Assembly (NCBI RefSeq): GCF_963921235.1
Contig: NC_086108.1
Coordinates: 31,808,001-31,872,000 of the forward strand
DNA from: Mobula hypostoma
Taxonomy: Eukaryota
Length of the DNA: 64,000 bases
Direction: 5' to 3'
Part shown: piece by piece, positions 51,570 to 61,748 of the stretch
Layout of the letters: each line of letters starts with the position of its first letter
How positions within the stretch are numbered: the first letter of the stretch is position 1
Translations under genes and position numbers: made by a program
Notes under the pieces: generated by a model
Databases searched by the model: none
What the model saw: the letters and a program-made list of their open reading frames with translations, nothing else
What the model was told of the DNA's origin: nothing

Positions 51570-52098
51570 CAGAATCAGGTTTACTATCACCGGCGTGTGA
51601 TGTGAAATTTGTGAACTTAGCAGCAGCAGTTCAATGCAATACATAATCTAGCAGAGAGAGAAAAATAATAAAAAGAAAACAATAAGTAAATCAATTACAC
51701 ATACTGAAAAATTTTGTTTTAATGTGCAAAAACAAAATACTGTATATTAAAAAAGTGAGGTAGTGTTCAAAGCTTCAACATCCATTTAGGAATCGGATGG
51801 TAGAGGGGAATAAACTGTTCCTGAATTGATGAGTGTGTGCCTTCAGGCTTCTGCATCTCCAATCTGATGGTAACAGTGAGAAAAGCGCATGCCCTGGGTG
51901 CTGAAGGTCCTTAATAATGGGTGCTGCCTTTCTGAGACACCACTCCCTGAAGATGTCCTGGGTACTTTGTAGGCTAGTGCCCAAGATGGAGCTGACTAGA
52001 TCTACAACCTTCTGCAGCTTCTTTCGGTCCTGTGTAGTAGCCCCTCCATAACAGACAGTGATGCAGCCTGTCAGAATGCTCTCCACAGTGTAACTACA
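51570..52098 (-). mobile_element. Rex1/Babar-like LINE 3' fragment
   Basis: ORF 51775-52086: ESILTGCITVCYG...LQKVV...IIKDLQHPGHALFSLLPS...FRNSLFPSTIRFLN. Confidence 0.85.
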
Positions 52099-52099
52099 G

Positions 52100-52620
52100 A
52101 CACATCATCTGCAATGCTGCTCTCTGGAAACCATGTACCTTTATTCCTTGGTCCTGATGTTCCACAATACTCCCCAACGTGCCACCATTTGTTGTACAAG
52201 TCCTATCCTGGTTGACTTTCCAAAATGCAACATTTTGCACTTATCCAAACTGAGAACCATTTGCCAGTCTGTGGCCCACTCACCAAGCTGATCCCCTTGT
52301 ATTTTGTGATAACCTTCTTCACTGTCAACAATACCATTTATTTGAGTGTCATCTGAAAACTTACTAATCATGCCTCGTACATTCTCATCCATGTCATTTA
52401 TATAAACAATGAAAAGTAAAAGTCCAAGCATTGATTTCCATGCCACACCACTAGTGAGAGGCCTCCATTCCAGGAAACAACCTTCTAACTGTTACTCTGC
52501 TTACTGCCATTAAACCAATCATGAATCCAATTAGCTATTCCCCTTGGATCTCATATGATCTAACCTTCCAGAGTTGGCCACTGTATCAAATCTCATCGAA
52601 GACCTTGCTGAAGCTGACAT
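52100..52620 (-). mobile_element. CR1 RT fragment
   Basis: LFIVYINDMDENVRGMISKFSDDT, WQMVLSLDKCKMLHFGK. Confidence 0.8.
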
Positions 52621-53382
52621 TGACTAAAGGGTGGGCAGGACATGTGGTGGTATAGCCGTGAGATGAGGGGGAGGGGAGACAGTGAACAGAGTGCTTGAAG
52701 AACAAGGGAGGTCATGATCATAATGCATCCAAGTTATTGAAGGAGGAACAAACAAAATGGTGAATATTGGTAATGTTAATCCTTGATGTCCTAACTCTAC
52801 ACATTCAAGATGCCTCACTACCAACCAGCGTAGGCAATGAAATTCTACAAATCGTTAAACAGCAAAGGACTCAGTAAATGCCACATAGATCATGGAAGAT
52901 GACCAAGTTTACCAGAAAGTAGAACTGTTTTATTATCAAAACCCAGAATAATAAACAGCTATGACATATTGTAACTGATTAGCTGGCAGAAAACACATGG
53001 TACACAAATGAATTCTTCCCACTTAATCAAAATATTAAATCTCCTGGCTCAATGCATAATTTTAACGTGTACACCTCTTATCCTTCTAGAAAATGAACAC
53101 CTGTAATCATTACAAATTTTGATAAGCTACAGGAATCTCCACTGAGAAATTCTGAAAATTGCAGTTAGATACTGTGTTGTAGCTTACTTTTAAAAAAAAA
53201 ATCAAGGAATCCATTTGTTTTATCATTCTCTTGCAATAATGTAACCTATTGAAAACATTTCTTTCATCTTGGTGCTGCAGATCAGGAACTTTGCACATCT
53301 TCGTTGTAAGTCTGAGTCACAGAGCAGGCCCTTTCACCCATATGACCATCAAGCACCCATTGACAATCATCCATTTTATTCT

Positions 53383-53554
53383 GACCAAGGGTCTCGGCCT
53401 GAAACATCGACTGTACCTCTTCCTAGAGATGCTGCCTGGCCTGCTGCGTTCACCAGCAACTTTGATATGTGTTGCTTGAATTTCCAGCATCTGCAGAATT
53501 CCTGTTGTTGATGCGTGTTGCTTGAATTTCCAGCATCTGCAGAATTCCTGTTGT
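53383..53554 (+). mobile_element. Penelope pLTR mini-insertion with a tandem-duplicated 3' end
   Basis: Begins inside a mutated hammerhead core (ct|gaccaagggtctcggcctgaaacatcgac). The terminal ~41 nt occur twice. 14-bp TSD atccattttattct (53369-53382, 53555-53568). Confidence 0.88.
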
Positions 53555-56043
53555 ATCCATTTTATTCTCTTATCTTCATCAACCACCCACACCTCACACA
53601 CTCCCCATCTAGATTCGAGCACTCACATACATGCTGCAGGCTTATTTCAGCAGCCAATTAACCCCAACACTGCGTATGTTTTTGGAAAGTGGAAGGAAAC
53701 CCATGCAAAGGGAGAATGTACAAACACCACAAAGGTAACATTGGTGATCCAGATTGAACTGGAATCACTGGTGTTGGCAGCAACTCTTAGCTAAATGATT
53801 CTTTAGACATTCCTGAAATTTTCCGTTTTCCTCCCAGAGGACCTCATCTATTGGTAGTTAAGTAAATTTTAATTTCAAATATTTGCCCTGAAATGCATCT
53901 ATCTTAATCCTCTGAATCCCTTTGCAGTTATCTTAAAATTGTGCATCAAATGCCATTTCATGTCAAAATTAAAATTATTCTTCTTACTGCACATTTTTTC
54001 TTAGGCTTGTCTTCCTCTGTTTTTGGTGAGGGACAAGAGCCTTCAAGTTAACAAGATAAGCAACATGGCTTGTCTTAGTTAATCAGATCAAAGAATTGTG
54101 AAATTGACAGTGCACCGATGTGTGCAAATTTGAGTGGCTCAGTTCAATTTCAAATCGTTTGCAGAAAGATAGAGTGAAAAGAGAAGTGAATAAAAGCAGA
54201 AGATAAATAAAAAATTTAAATAAACAAGAAATATAATAGTTAATTTATAGGTCTAGAGGAACAATTAGCAGTAAATAACCCTTAATGACCATGAAGTTAA
54301 ATTGATTAAAAAAAACAAATTGCAGGAACTTAGCTTGCACTAATCATCCAACTATAGCATCTTCAGCCATTCAGTGCATTTCAAGACAACCAGAAAGTCA
54401 AAGCTTTCAGAAGGCAAATGTGGAATACTGCAACTCAGTCAACAACTTTTGGATATTCACATTCCTCTCACCCATTTTTATAGTTGTTTTTCATTTGTGC
54501 ATAATTGCAAGTATCAATTGCCTCATTTTTTCTTTTATTATGAACTAAAATATTTAATTGTTAGAGAATAAAAATATAGTGAGGACAAATTTTCAGATAT
54601 TAATATTATTCTCCAAGCACCAGTACAATCTGTTCCCACTTCTTTGCAATGTAACTCGCAGGCTGGTGAACACATTTTAAGTTTTGAGAAAAATCCTTAA
54701 TATCTAAGCAAATCAACACATTTTCAATGCAACTTTGAAATCAAAACTAGTACTAAAAAGTAGGGCAACTAAAAACTTACTTGAGGTCATGCATCATATG
54801 TAAATTGGGGTAAAAAGTTAATAGCCAGATCTTGGACATGATTATCCAATACATTAGCTTGTGCCCACTTGGGCTCTTGCTCTCTTACAGGAGCCAGAAA
54901 CTAGAAACAATATTTTGCAAAGTATGCTGGATTTGGATAGTTACTTAAAACTAACATTGTAAACTACATATAATTTCCGTTAATATTAAGCCCAGTGAAC
55001 TTAAATAATTCAAGTGTCACAGTGCTTTAGAAAATTCAACAAGACTGGGAAATTAAACAGCTTTAAGAGAAAAAGATAGGAAACAGGTGTTTGATATAGA
55101 CAACAAATTAGTCACTTGTTTTATACGGACAACAAAGTAGCTGAGACTGCAGATGATCATGTCTCCTTAAGAGCCAGAGGCAGGAAAGTTAAGATAGGAG
55201 GTGACCTTGAATGCAGTTGGCAATGTTGATACTACAGTCAAGGATCTAATGTCTAAATGATTTCTTGCTCAAGGAAAGCATGCAATCCGTTTACTCCTTT
55301 CACCACCAGGCATCCATCCACACGTACTGATGATATAATTGAAGCTAAGGGCATCACATTCAGAGCCATATGGAGTTCACAACATGCTACCCTATACAGA
55401 CCTGCTATCTGGCAACTCTTCAAAAGCAATTGTAAACTTTACAGTAGCACCATAAGAACTTTTGAGAACCAATTCCAAATTATAAGGCTTGGTTCAGAGT
55501 CGAAATGAAAACTAAAATAGAATTACATGTCACATGCAGAAAAACATTTTAAAAATAAATACAGCGATTTTAAGCTATAGAAATAACACTTTTAAATGCA
55601 GATGTCAGTTGAGGAGAGAAGACGAAGAATGAAAAATTACAAGAGACGTCGTAAGGACACAAAACCTTCAGAATCATTCGGACAGCACGTAAAAGCGACC
55701 GTAGATTGGCAGAGAGACATGAAGAAACCAAACACACCACCCCATAATAATGGCCTCATATTTTCTATCAGTACAAAGGCAGGATTCTGAGGTATTTTCC
55801 CCCCGAAAGAAATCCCCCAATTACATTATGAAACTTCAAACTTGTTAGGAGCCTCCGTCCGTCCCATTTTCAGCCAGAAACTGTTGAAAGCGAAACAGCG
55901 CCCTAGCTGAAGACCAGGCCTAGTTGGAATGCAAGCCTGTGGGTTAGGGACACAAGTCTGGGGTGAGGGATAGAAATGGGGGGTGGGGGGGGAAGAGTAT
56001 AGTGTTGTTGAAGGGGAAGGCGGGCTGCCCCTGCATCACTTAC

Positions 56044-56096
56044 CAGTATAACACCGAGATACTCAAACATACAAACAAAACGTGCCGCTGGTTCAT
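56044..56096 (-). CDS. SUCO: SUCO coding exon 1 (signal peptide)
   Basis: aaaagATG AAC CAG...TAC TG|gtaagt. Encodes MNQRHVLFVCLSISVLY(W) and ends in phase 2, matching exon 2. Comparable to SUCO MKKHRRALALVSCLFLCSLVW. Lies in a CpG-rich region. Confidence 0.88.
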
Positions 56097-56940
56097 CTTT
56101 TCACAGTAATTGACATCCTCGTAGCCTTTCCTCCACCGGACGCTCTCTTTAATCGTCCTTCGCTCGGTCACTGGGCTCCATGGAGGCTCAGCAGCCCGTC
56201 GCCTCCACTGACGCCGGGAACCAACAGGCCGCGACGCCGCGCGTTGCACATGGGAGCCCCGTCCGCCGACTCGCGCTGTCGAGTTGGAACCTCATTAGTA
56301 TTTAAAAAGTCGGCCACGCCGCCTGGCTGCCCGTGCCCCCGCCCATCTCACCTCCTCCCCGCCCCTCCTCCTCCTCTAACCATGCCGACCATTGAAAGCA
56401 GAGTGTGAAAAATACTCCTCCCGCCTGCACCCATTGACGCAACAAACAGGGGCGAGGAACCGCCCACTCAGCAACCTCATCTGTTGTTGCGTCAACAACT
56501 GAGCTCACCGCGTCAAGCCGGAATGCACGGTGGGAGTTGTAGTTGTAGCGTAGAGAGACGCGTTACCGACGCGACATGAGGCATGTGGTGAAAGGGTAAC
56601 TGTACCAGAGACGGATGTTCTGAGCACTCCACTGGCGTGATGTGGTTAATTCAGATGGGCGGCGGTGCTTTTTTTAGGGCGTAGTTGTTTCCCCAAATAA
56701 CCAAGACGCGATATTTAACTTCCGACTACGGCGGGAATGATGGAAGGTCTGGCGGCTGGTTGAATGACGTAGCGCTGAATTGGCGCTGTGATTGGACCAG
56801 TGGGCAGGAGCGACGGGTCGCGCAGTGCGTGCGTTCCGGTGTGCAAGTTTATTCCCCCATCTTCGCTCCTCGTCCCGGGCCGCTGCCTGGGCTCCTCACT
56901 TCATCCATCCGTCTGTCTCCTTCGCCTCCCACGGGCGACG
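56097..56940. promoter_or_regulatory. CpG-island bidirectional promoter and 5' UTRs of SUCO and TMED5
   Basis: CpG-dense region between two divergent ATGs. ZNF143/SBS-type ACTACAACTCCCA (minus strand, 56531-56543), inverted CCAAT boxes (56779-56783, 56791-56795), ETS-type CCGGAA (56518-56523, and minus strand 56834-56839), TGACG half-sites. Confidence 0.85.
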
Positions 56941-57108
56941 ATGGGTGCGATGTCATGGCTGCCGTTTATGGTCTGCGGTTTGGCGAGAGTCGCGTTCGGT
57001 TTCTCTCAGTCCTATGATAGCGATTTCACTTTCACTCTGCCGGCGGGGCAGAAGGAGTGTTTCTACCAAACTATGAAGAAAGATGCCACCCTGGAGATTG
57101 AATATCAG
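56941..57108 (+). CDS. TMED5: TMED5 (p24 gamma family) coding exon 1: signal peptide and start of the GOLD domain
   Basis: gcgacgATGG Kozak context. Encodes MGAMSWLPFMVCGLARVAFGFSQSYDSDFTFTLPAGQKECFYQTMKKDATLEIEYQ|gttggc, matching TMED5 WLPF...DSDFTFTLPAGQKECFYQ...LEIEYQ. I did not find exon 2 in the window. Confidence 0.92.
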
Positions 57109-57324
57109 GTTGGCAACAGGCGCGTTTCTGTACTTAGTGTTATTTCTGTATACAGCCACTTAGTGATGTTTTCTTTAAAATTATGGCTCTATTATGAAAG
57201 TGAGTATAAATACAAAGTATTTGGGATACTTGTTCAATAATATTCCTGTAGTGGTCGTAGTTTCTGTATGGGTATTAGTATATTTCTCTGTTTCTTAACT
57301 ATCAGTAAGAACATACACCTTATA

Positions 57325-57538
57325 ACAAACCCAAGAGGTACTGCAGATGCTGGAAATCTAGAACAATACACACATTGTGCTGGAGGAACTCAGCAGGTCA
57401 AGCAGCACCTATGGACAAGAATAAGCAGTGGGCATTTTGGACCGAGACGATGAAGATGAGTCTTGGCCCAAAACATTAACTGTTTATTCCCATTCATAGA
57501 TGCTTCCTTCACTTGCTCAGCTCCTCCAGCACATTGTT
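57325..57538. mobile_element. Older fold-back Penelope pLTR mini-element
   Basis: ctgcagatgctggaaatct...tgctggaggaactcagcaggtca arm and inverted cttgctcagctcctccagca arm, with a decayed tgaagatgagtcttggcccaaaacatt core at the centre. Confidence 0.7.
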
Positions 57539-58329
57539 GTAAGATGCAATATACACAAAGACTGAACAACCAATCTAGAAAAGTAACTGAGTATTAATAG
57601 CTCATGCTGTTGCAAACACACAATTTATCTGACCCTGTAAAATGAAACTTTTTCAAGACTACATTAGTGTTCCACCAAACACCTATGCAGAACTTGAAAA
57701 TCTCATTACCCTCGTGGCCAATTCCCATCCTACCTCAACCTTTACTTGATCCCTATCCATCATGAGCCCTTGCCTTTGTCAGAATCAGTACTTATGTTAC
57801 TTTGCTCCTCCAACCTCCACATTCATTGGATCATCCTTGGCAATTTCTGCCATATTCTACCATCAGACATATCTTCTCCTCCTCTTTGCATTCCAAAAGG
57901 ACCATCCCATTGTCTCCATAGATGTTGCTCTTTGGGTAGTTTGTGCTCCAGATTCTAGTATCTGCAGTGTCTTGTGTTTACAGAGGAACAGTTCCCTTTA
58001 TCACTCCCTGGTCTATTCTTCCATCTTTCTCAAAGAATCCCCTGTCACAGCTCAGTCCTGCACAATTGTAGATGAAAAGCAGCAAATTAGTCAAAATCCT
58101 ACTCCAACCAGGCCTATTGGTCAATGAGGTACCACTATACTAACATTTGCTAGCACTCTGTCACTGCCATAGCCTGGAATGGCGACCATGAAGCAAGTAT
58201 GCCCAAGGTGCCATGTGGAACACAAAATGTTGGCATACAGTGCCACCCCTTGATTTTCTAAAACCCATCCATTATAAAAGGATTTTTTTGCACACTTTTG
58301 TTGATTGCAAGATCCTGTTGGATATTGGT

Positions 58330-59830
58330 AATAGACAAGAGGTGCAGGAGTAGGCCATTCGGCCCTTCGAGCCAGCACTGCCATTCACTGTGATCATGGA
58401 TGATCATCCACAGTCACTACCCCGGTCCTGCCTTCTCCCCATATCACTTGACTCCGCTTTCTTTAAGAGCTCTATCTAACTCTTTCTTGAAAGCATCCAG
58501 AGAATTCACCTCCACAACCTTCTGAGGCAGAGCATTCCACAGATCCACAACTCTCTGGGTGAAAAAGTTTTTCCTCAACTCCATCCTAAATGGCCTACCC
58601 CTTACTCTGAAACTGTGGCCTCTGGTTCTGGACTCCCCCAACATCGGGAACATGTTTCCTGCCTCCAGCGTGTCCAATCCCTTAATAATCTTATATGTTT
58701 CGATCAGATCCTCTCTCATCCTTCTAAATTCCAGTGTATACAAGCCCAGTTGTTCCAATTGTTCCAATCTTTCGACATATGACAGTTGCGCCATCTGGGG
58801 AATTAACCTCGTGAACCTATGCTGCAGTCCCTCGATAGCAAGAATTTCCTTCCTCAAATTTGGAGACCAAAACTGCACACAATACTCCAGGTGTGGTCTC
58901 ACCAGGGCCCTGTACAGCTGCAGAAGGACCTCTTTGCTCTTATACTCAATTCCCCTTGTTATGAAGGCCAGCATACCATTAGCTTTCTTCACTGCCTGCT
59001 GTACTTGCATGCTTGTTTTCAGTGACTGATGTACAAGAACACCTAGATCCCGTTGTACTTCCCCTTTTCCTAACTTGACTCCGTTTAGATAATAATCTGC
59101 CTTCCTGCTCTTACCACCAAAGTGGATAACCTCACATTTATCCACATTAAACTGCATCTGCCCACTCACCCAACCTGTCCAAGTCACCCTGCATTCTCAA
59201 AACATCCTCCTCACATTTTACACTGCCACCCAGCTTTGTGTCATCTGCAAATTTGCTAATGTTATTTTTAATCCCTTCATCTAAATCATTAATGTATATT
59301 GTAAATAGCTGCGGTCCCAGCACCGAGCCTTGCGGTACCCCACTGGTCACCGCCTGCCATTCCGAAAGGGACCTGTTAATCGCTAATCTTTGTTTCCTGT
59401 CAGCCAGCCAATTTTCAATCCATGTCAGTACTCTGCCCCCAATACCATGTGTCCTAATTTTGCCCACTAATCTGCTATGTGGGACCTTATCAAAGGCTTT
59501 CTGAAAGCCCAGGTACACTACATCCACTGGCTCTCCCGTGTCCATTTTCATAGGTACATCCTCAAAAAATCCCAGAAGAATAGTCAAGCATGATTTCCCC
59601 TTCGTAAATCCATGCTGACTCGGACCGATCCTGTTACTGCTATCCAGATGTGTCGTAATTTCATCCTTTATCATTGACTCCAGCATCTTCCCCACCACTG
59701 ATGTCAGGCTTAAATGGTCTATAATTCCCTGTTTTCCTTCTCCCTCCTTTCTTAAAAAGTGGGATAACATTAGCTACCCTCCAATCCACAGGAACTGATC
59801 CTGAATCTATAGAACATTGGAAAATGATTA
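58330..59830 (-). mobile_element. CR1 LINE, 5'-truncated RT region
   Basis: ORFs 59147-59770 and 58444-59187 carry the CR1 RT motifs, followed by the CR1 3' UTR. Confidence 0.95.
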
Positions 59831-59841
59831 TGTGGAATACT

Positions 59842-60590
59842 GCAAGGCAAGTTTATTTGTATAGCATTTTTCAAACAAGGGCAGTTCAAAGTGCTTTACA
59901 GAGAACAAGATATAAAAATCAAACATCAAATCTCAGACATACAAAGGAGAATAAAATCATGCAAAAAATAGATAATGTTAAATAGATTTAAAGAGGGATA
60001 AAAGTTACAGTGCAGGAGATTCTAATTAAAAGCTAAAGCAAAAAGAAAAGTTTTAAGCCTTGATTTTAAAAGAGCTTAAAGTTGGAGTAGACTTCAGATC
60101 CTCTGGAAGGTTTTTCCAGATATGTGGAGCATAGTAACTAAAACCTGCTTCGCCATGTTTAGTTTTGACCCCGGGGGCAGTAAGCAAACCCACCCCAGAT
60201 GACCTGAGACCTCAGGAAGGTTCATAATGCAACAGAGATTGAAGATGTATTTTGGCCCAAGACCATTCAGTGCTTCATAAATCAGTAGTAATATTTTAAA
60301 GACAAATCTCCGATGGACAGGAAGCCAGTGTTGCGATCTGAGAACTAGGGTGATGTGTTCTACTTGCTTGGTCTCAGTGAGGACACTAGCAGCAGTGTTC
60401 TGAATGAGCTGCAGCTGTCTGAGGGATATTTTTACAGAAACCTGTGAAAACCATTACAGTTGACAAGCCTACTAAAAATAAATGCATGGACAAGTGTTTT
60501 TTCAATCTTGCCGAGACCCTTTCATTCTTGCTAAATTTTTAAGATGGTAGTAGGCTGACTTTGTAATTGTCTTAATATGGCGTGTAAAAC
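59842..60590 (-). mobile_element. L2-clade LINE 3' fragment
   Basis: gcaaggcaagtttatttgtatagcatttt...caaagtgctttaca tail. Minus-strand remnants of AYYHLKNLAR, VHAFIFSRL, QLIQNTAA, EHITLVLRSQHWLPV, SYYAPHIW. Confidence 0.75.
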
Positions 60591-61013
60591 TTAGTGGTTC
60601 ATTTGCAAGGTCTGACAGCAAGGGAGCTGCGTGGCCTCGGTTGTGGTACAGACCAGGCCTCATTTATTCCTTGGGGTCGGAGGTTTCAGCCACCAAGGAA
60701 GGAGATGCCAGAGCTGGCTGTGTGCTGTAGATTCTGTGCGGGGTTTCAGGCAGACTCCTCCCACTGTGCTGCTCTCTAGTGCTTGCTCAGTGGGAGACGA
60801 GCTGGATTGCTTTCTCTGCAGCTGCACTGAGTGATATGGGGAACTGCTGCAGGTTGTTCCTGCAGAAACATGGCTCTCAGGGATTCGGCCAAATTAGTAT
60901 TTTTTGCTGTGTAGCTATGTTATCTGCTATTATAATTATGTGATATAAGTGCTGTGTGTGACTGTTGGTTCTGTGTTTTGCATCTTGGATCCAAAGGAAC
61001 GCTGTTTCATTTA

Positions 61014-61242
61014 AAAACACAAGCAGGAGGAAATCTGCAGATGCAGGAAATTTAAGCAACACACACAAAAAATGCTGGTGAATGCAGCAGGCCAGGCAGC
61101 ATCTGTAGGAAGAGGTACAGTTGACGTTTCGGGCCGAGACCCTTCGTCAGACCCTTCAGGTCCTGGCCCGAAACGTCGACTGTAACTCTTCCGATAGATG
61201 CTGCCTGGCCTGCTGCGTTCACCAGCATTTTTTGTGTGTGTT
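61014..61242. mobile_element. Fold-back Penelope pLTR mini-element
   Basis: Inverted arms meet at gagacccttcgtcag|acccttcaggtcct|ggcccgaaacgtcgac. 13-bp TSD gctgtttcattta (61001-61013, 61243-61255). Confidence 0.9.
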
Positions 61243-61748
61243 GCTGTTTCATTTAGGTGTATTCCTGTGTCTGCTTGAATGGTAATTGAGCTTCAACTTG
61301 ATCATTATCTTTACTTCTAAATGGAGTAGTGAATGATTTTCTTACAACCCAACAGCAATGAGATGTCTTCACAGTAGATGTCTCACGTCAGTTTGGCTTC
61401 AGCGAGATAGTCGTGAGAACATAGAATTTTGGATAATATGTTTTGAAATCCTCACAGACCTGGTGGACACATCAGTAGCAGTATAGCAAATAGTTGGGCC
61501 AAATGATCAAAGGTTCATTTTATTGTACAATATGTATGCATGTACAATACAACTCTGATACGTCTTCTCCAAAGAGCCAAGAAATACAGAAAGGCCATAC
61601 ATCAACCTCCCCCCGCACGTGAAAAAGGAAACAAAACTCACAGACCCCAAAATCCCCACCCACTCCCCCACAAAAAAAGCAATGATAGAATCGAGTTCCC
61701 TACTTCGCTCTGCTTGTGTTTCTTCTTGTATTGTGTGTGAGTGAACAC

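Noticed and set aside
3787..56096. CCDC18 as the minus-strand partner of TMED5, as expected from human synteny
   Set aside because: The exons translate to SUCO motifs ([31 protein letters not shown]), not a coiled-coil protein.
56765..56801. ER-stress elements (ERSE, ERSE-II, UPRE) in the shared promoter
   Set aside because: Only partial matches: ATTGGACCAGT versus ATTGGNCCACG, and TGACGTAG versus TGACGTGG/A. Recorded as CCAAT boxes and a CRE half-site only.
56788..57240. 150-aa ORF as the full TMED5 coding region
   Set aside because: It starts upstream of the Kozak ATG at 56941 and reads through the donor after 57108 into intron. Only 56941-57108 resembles TMED5.
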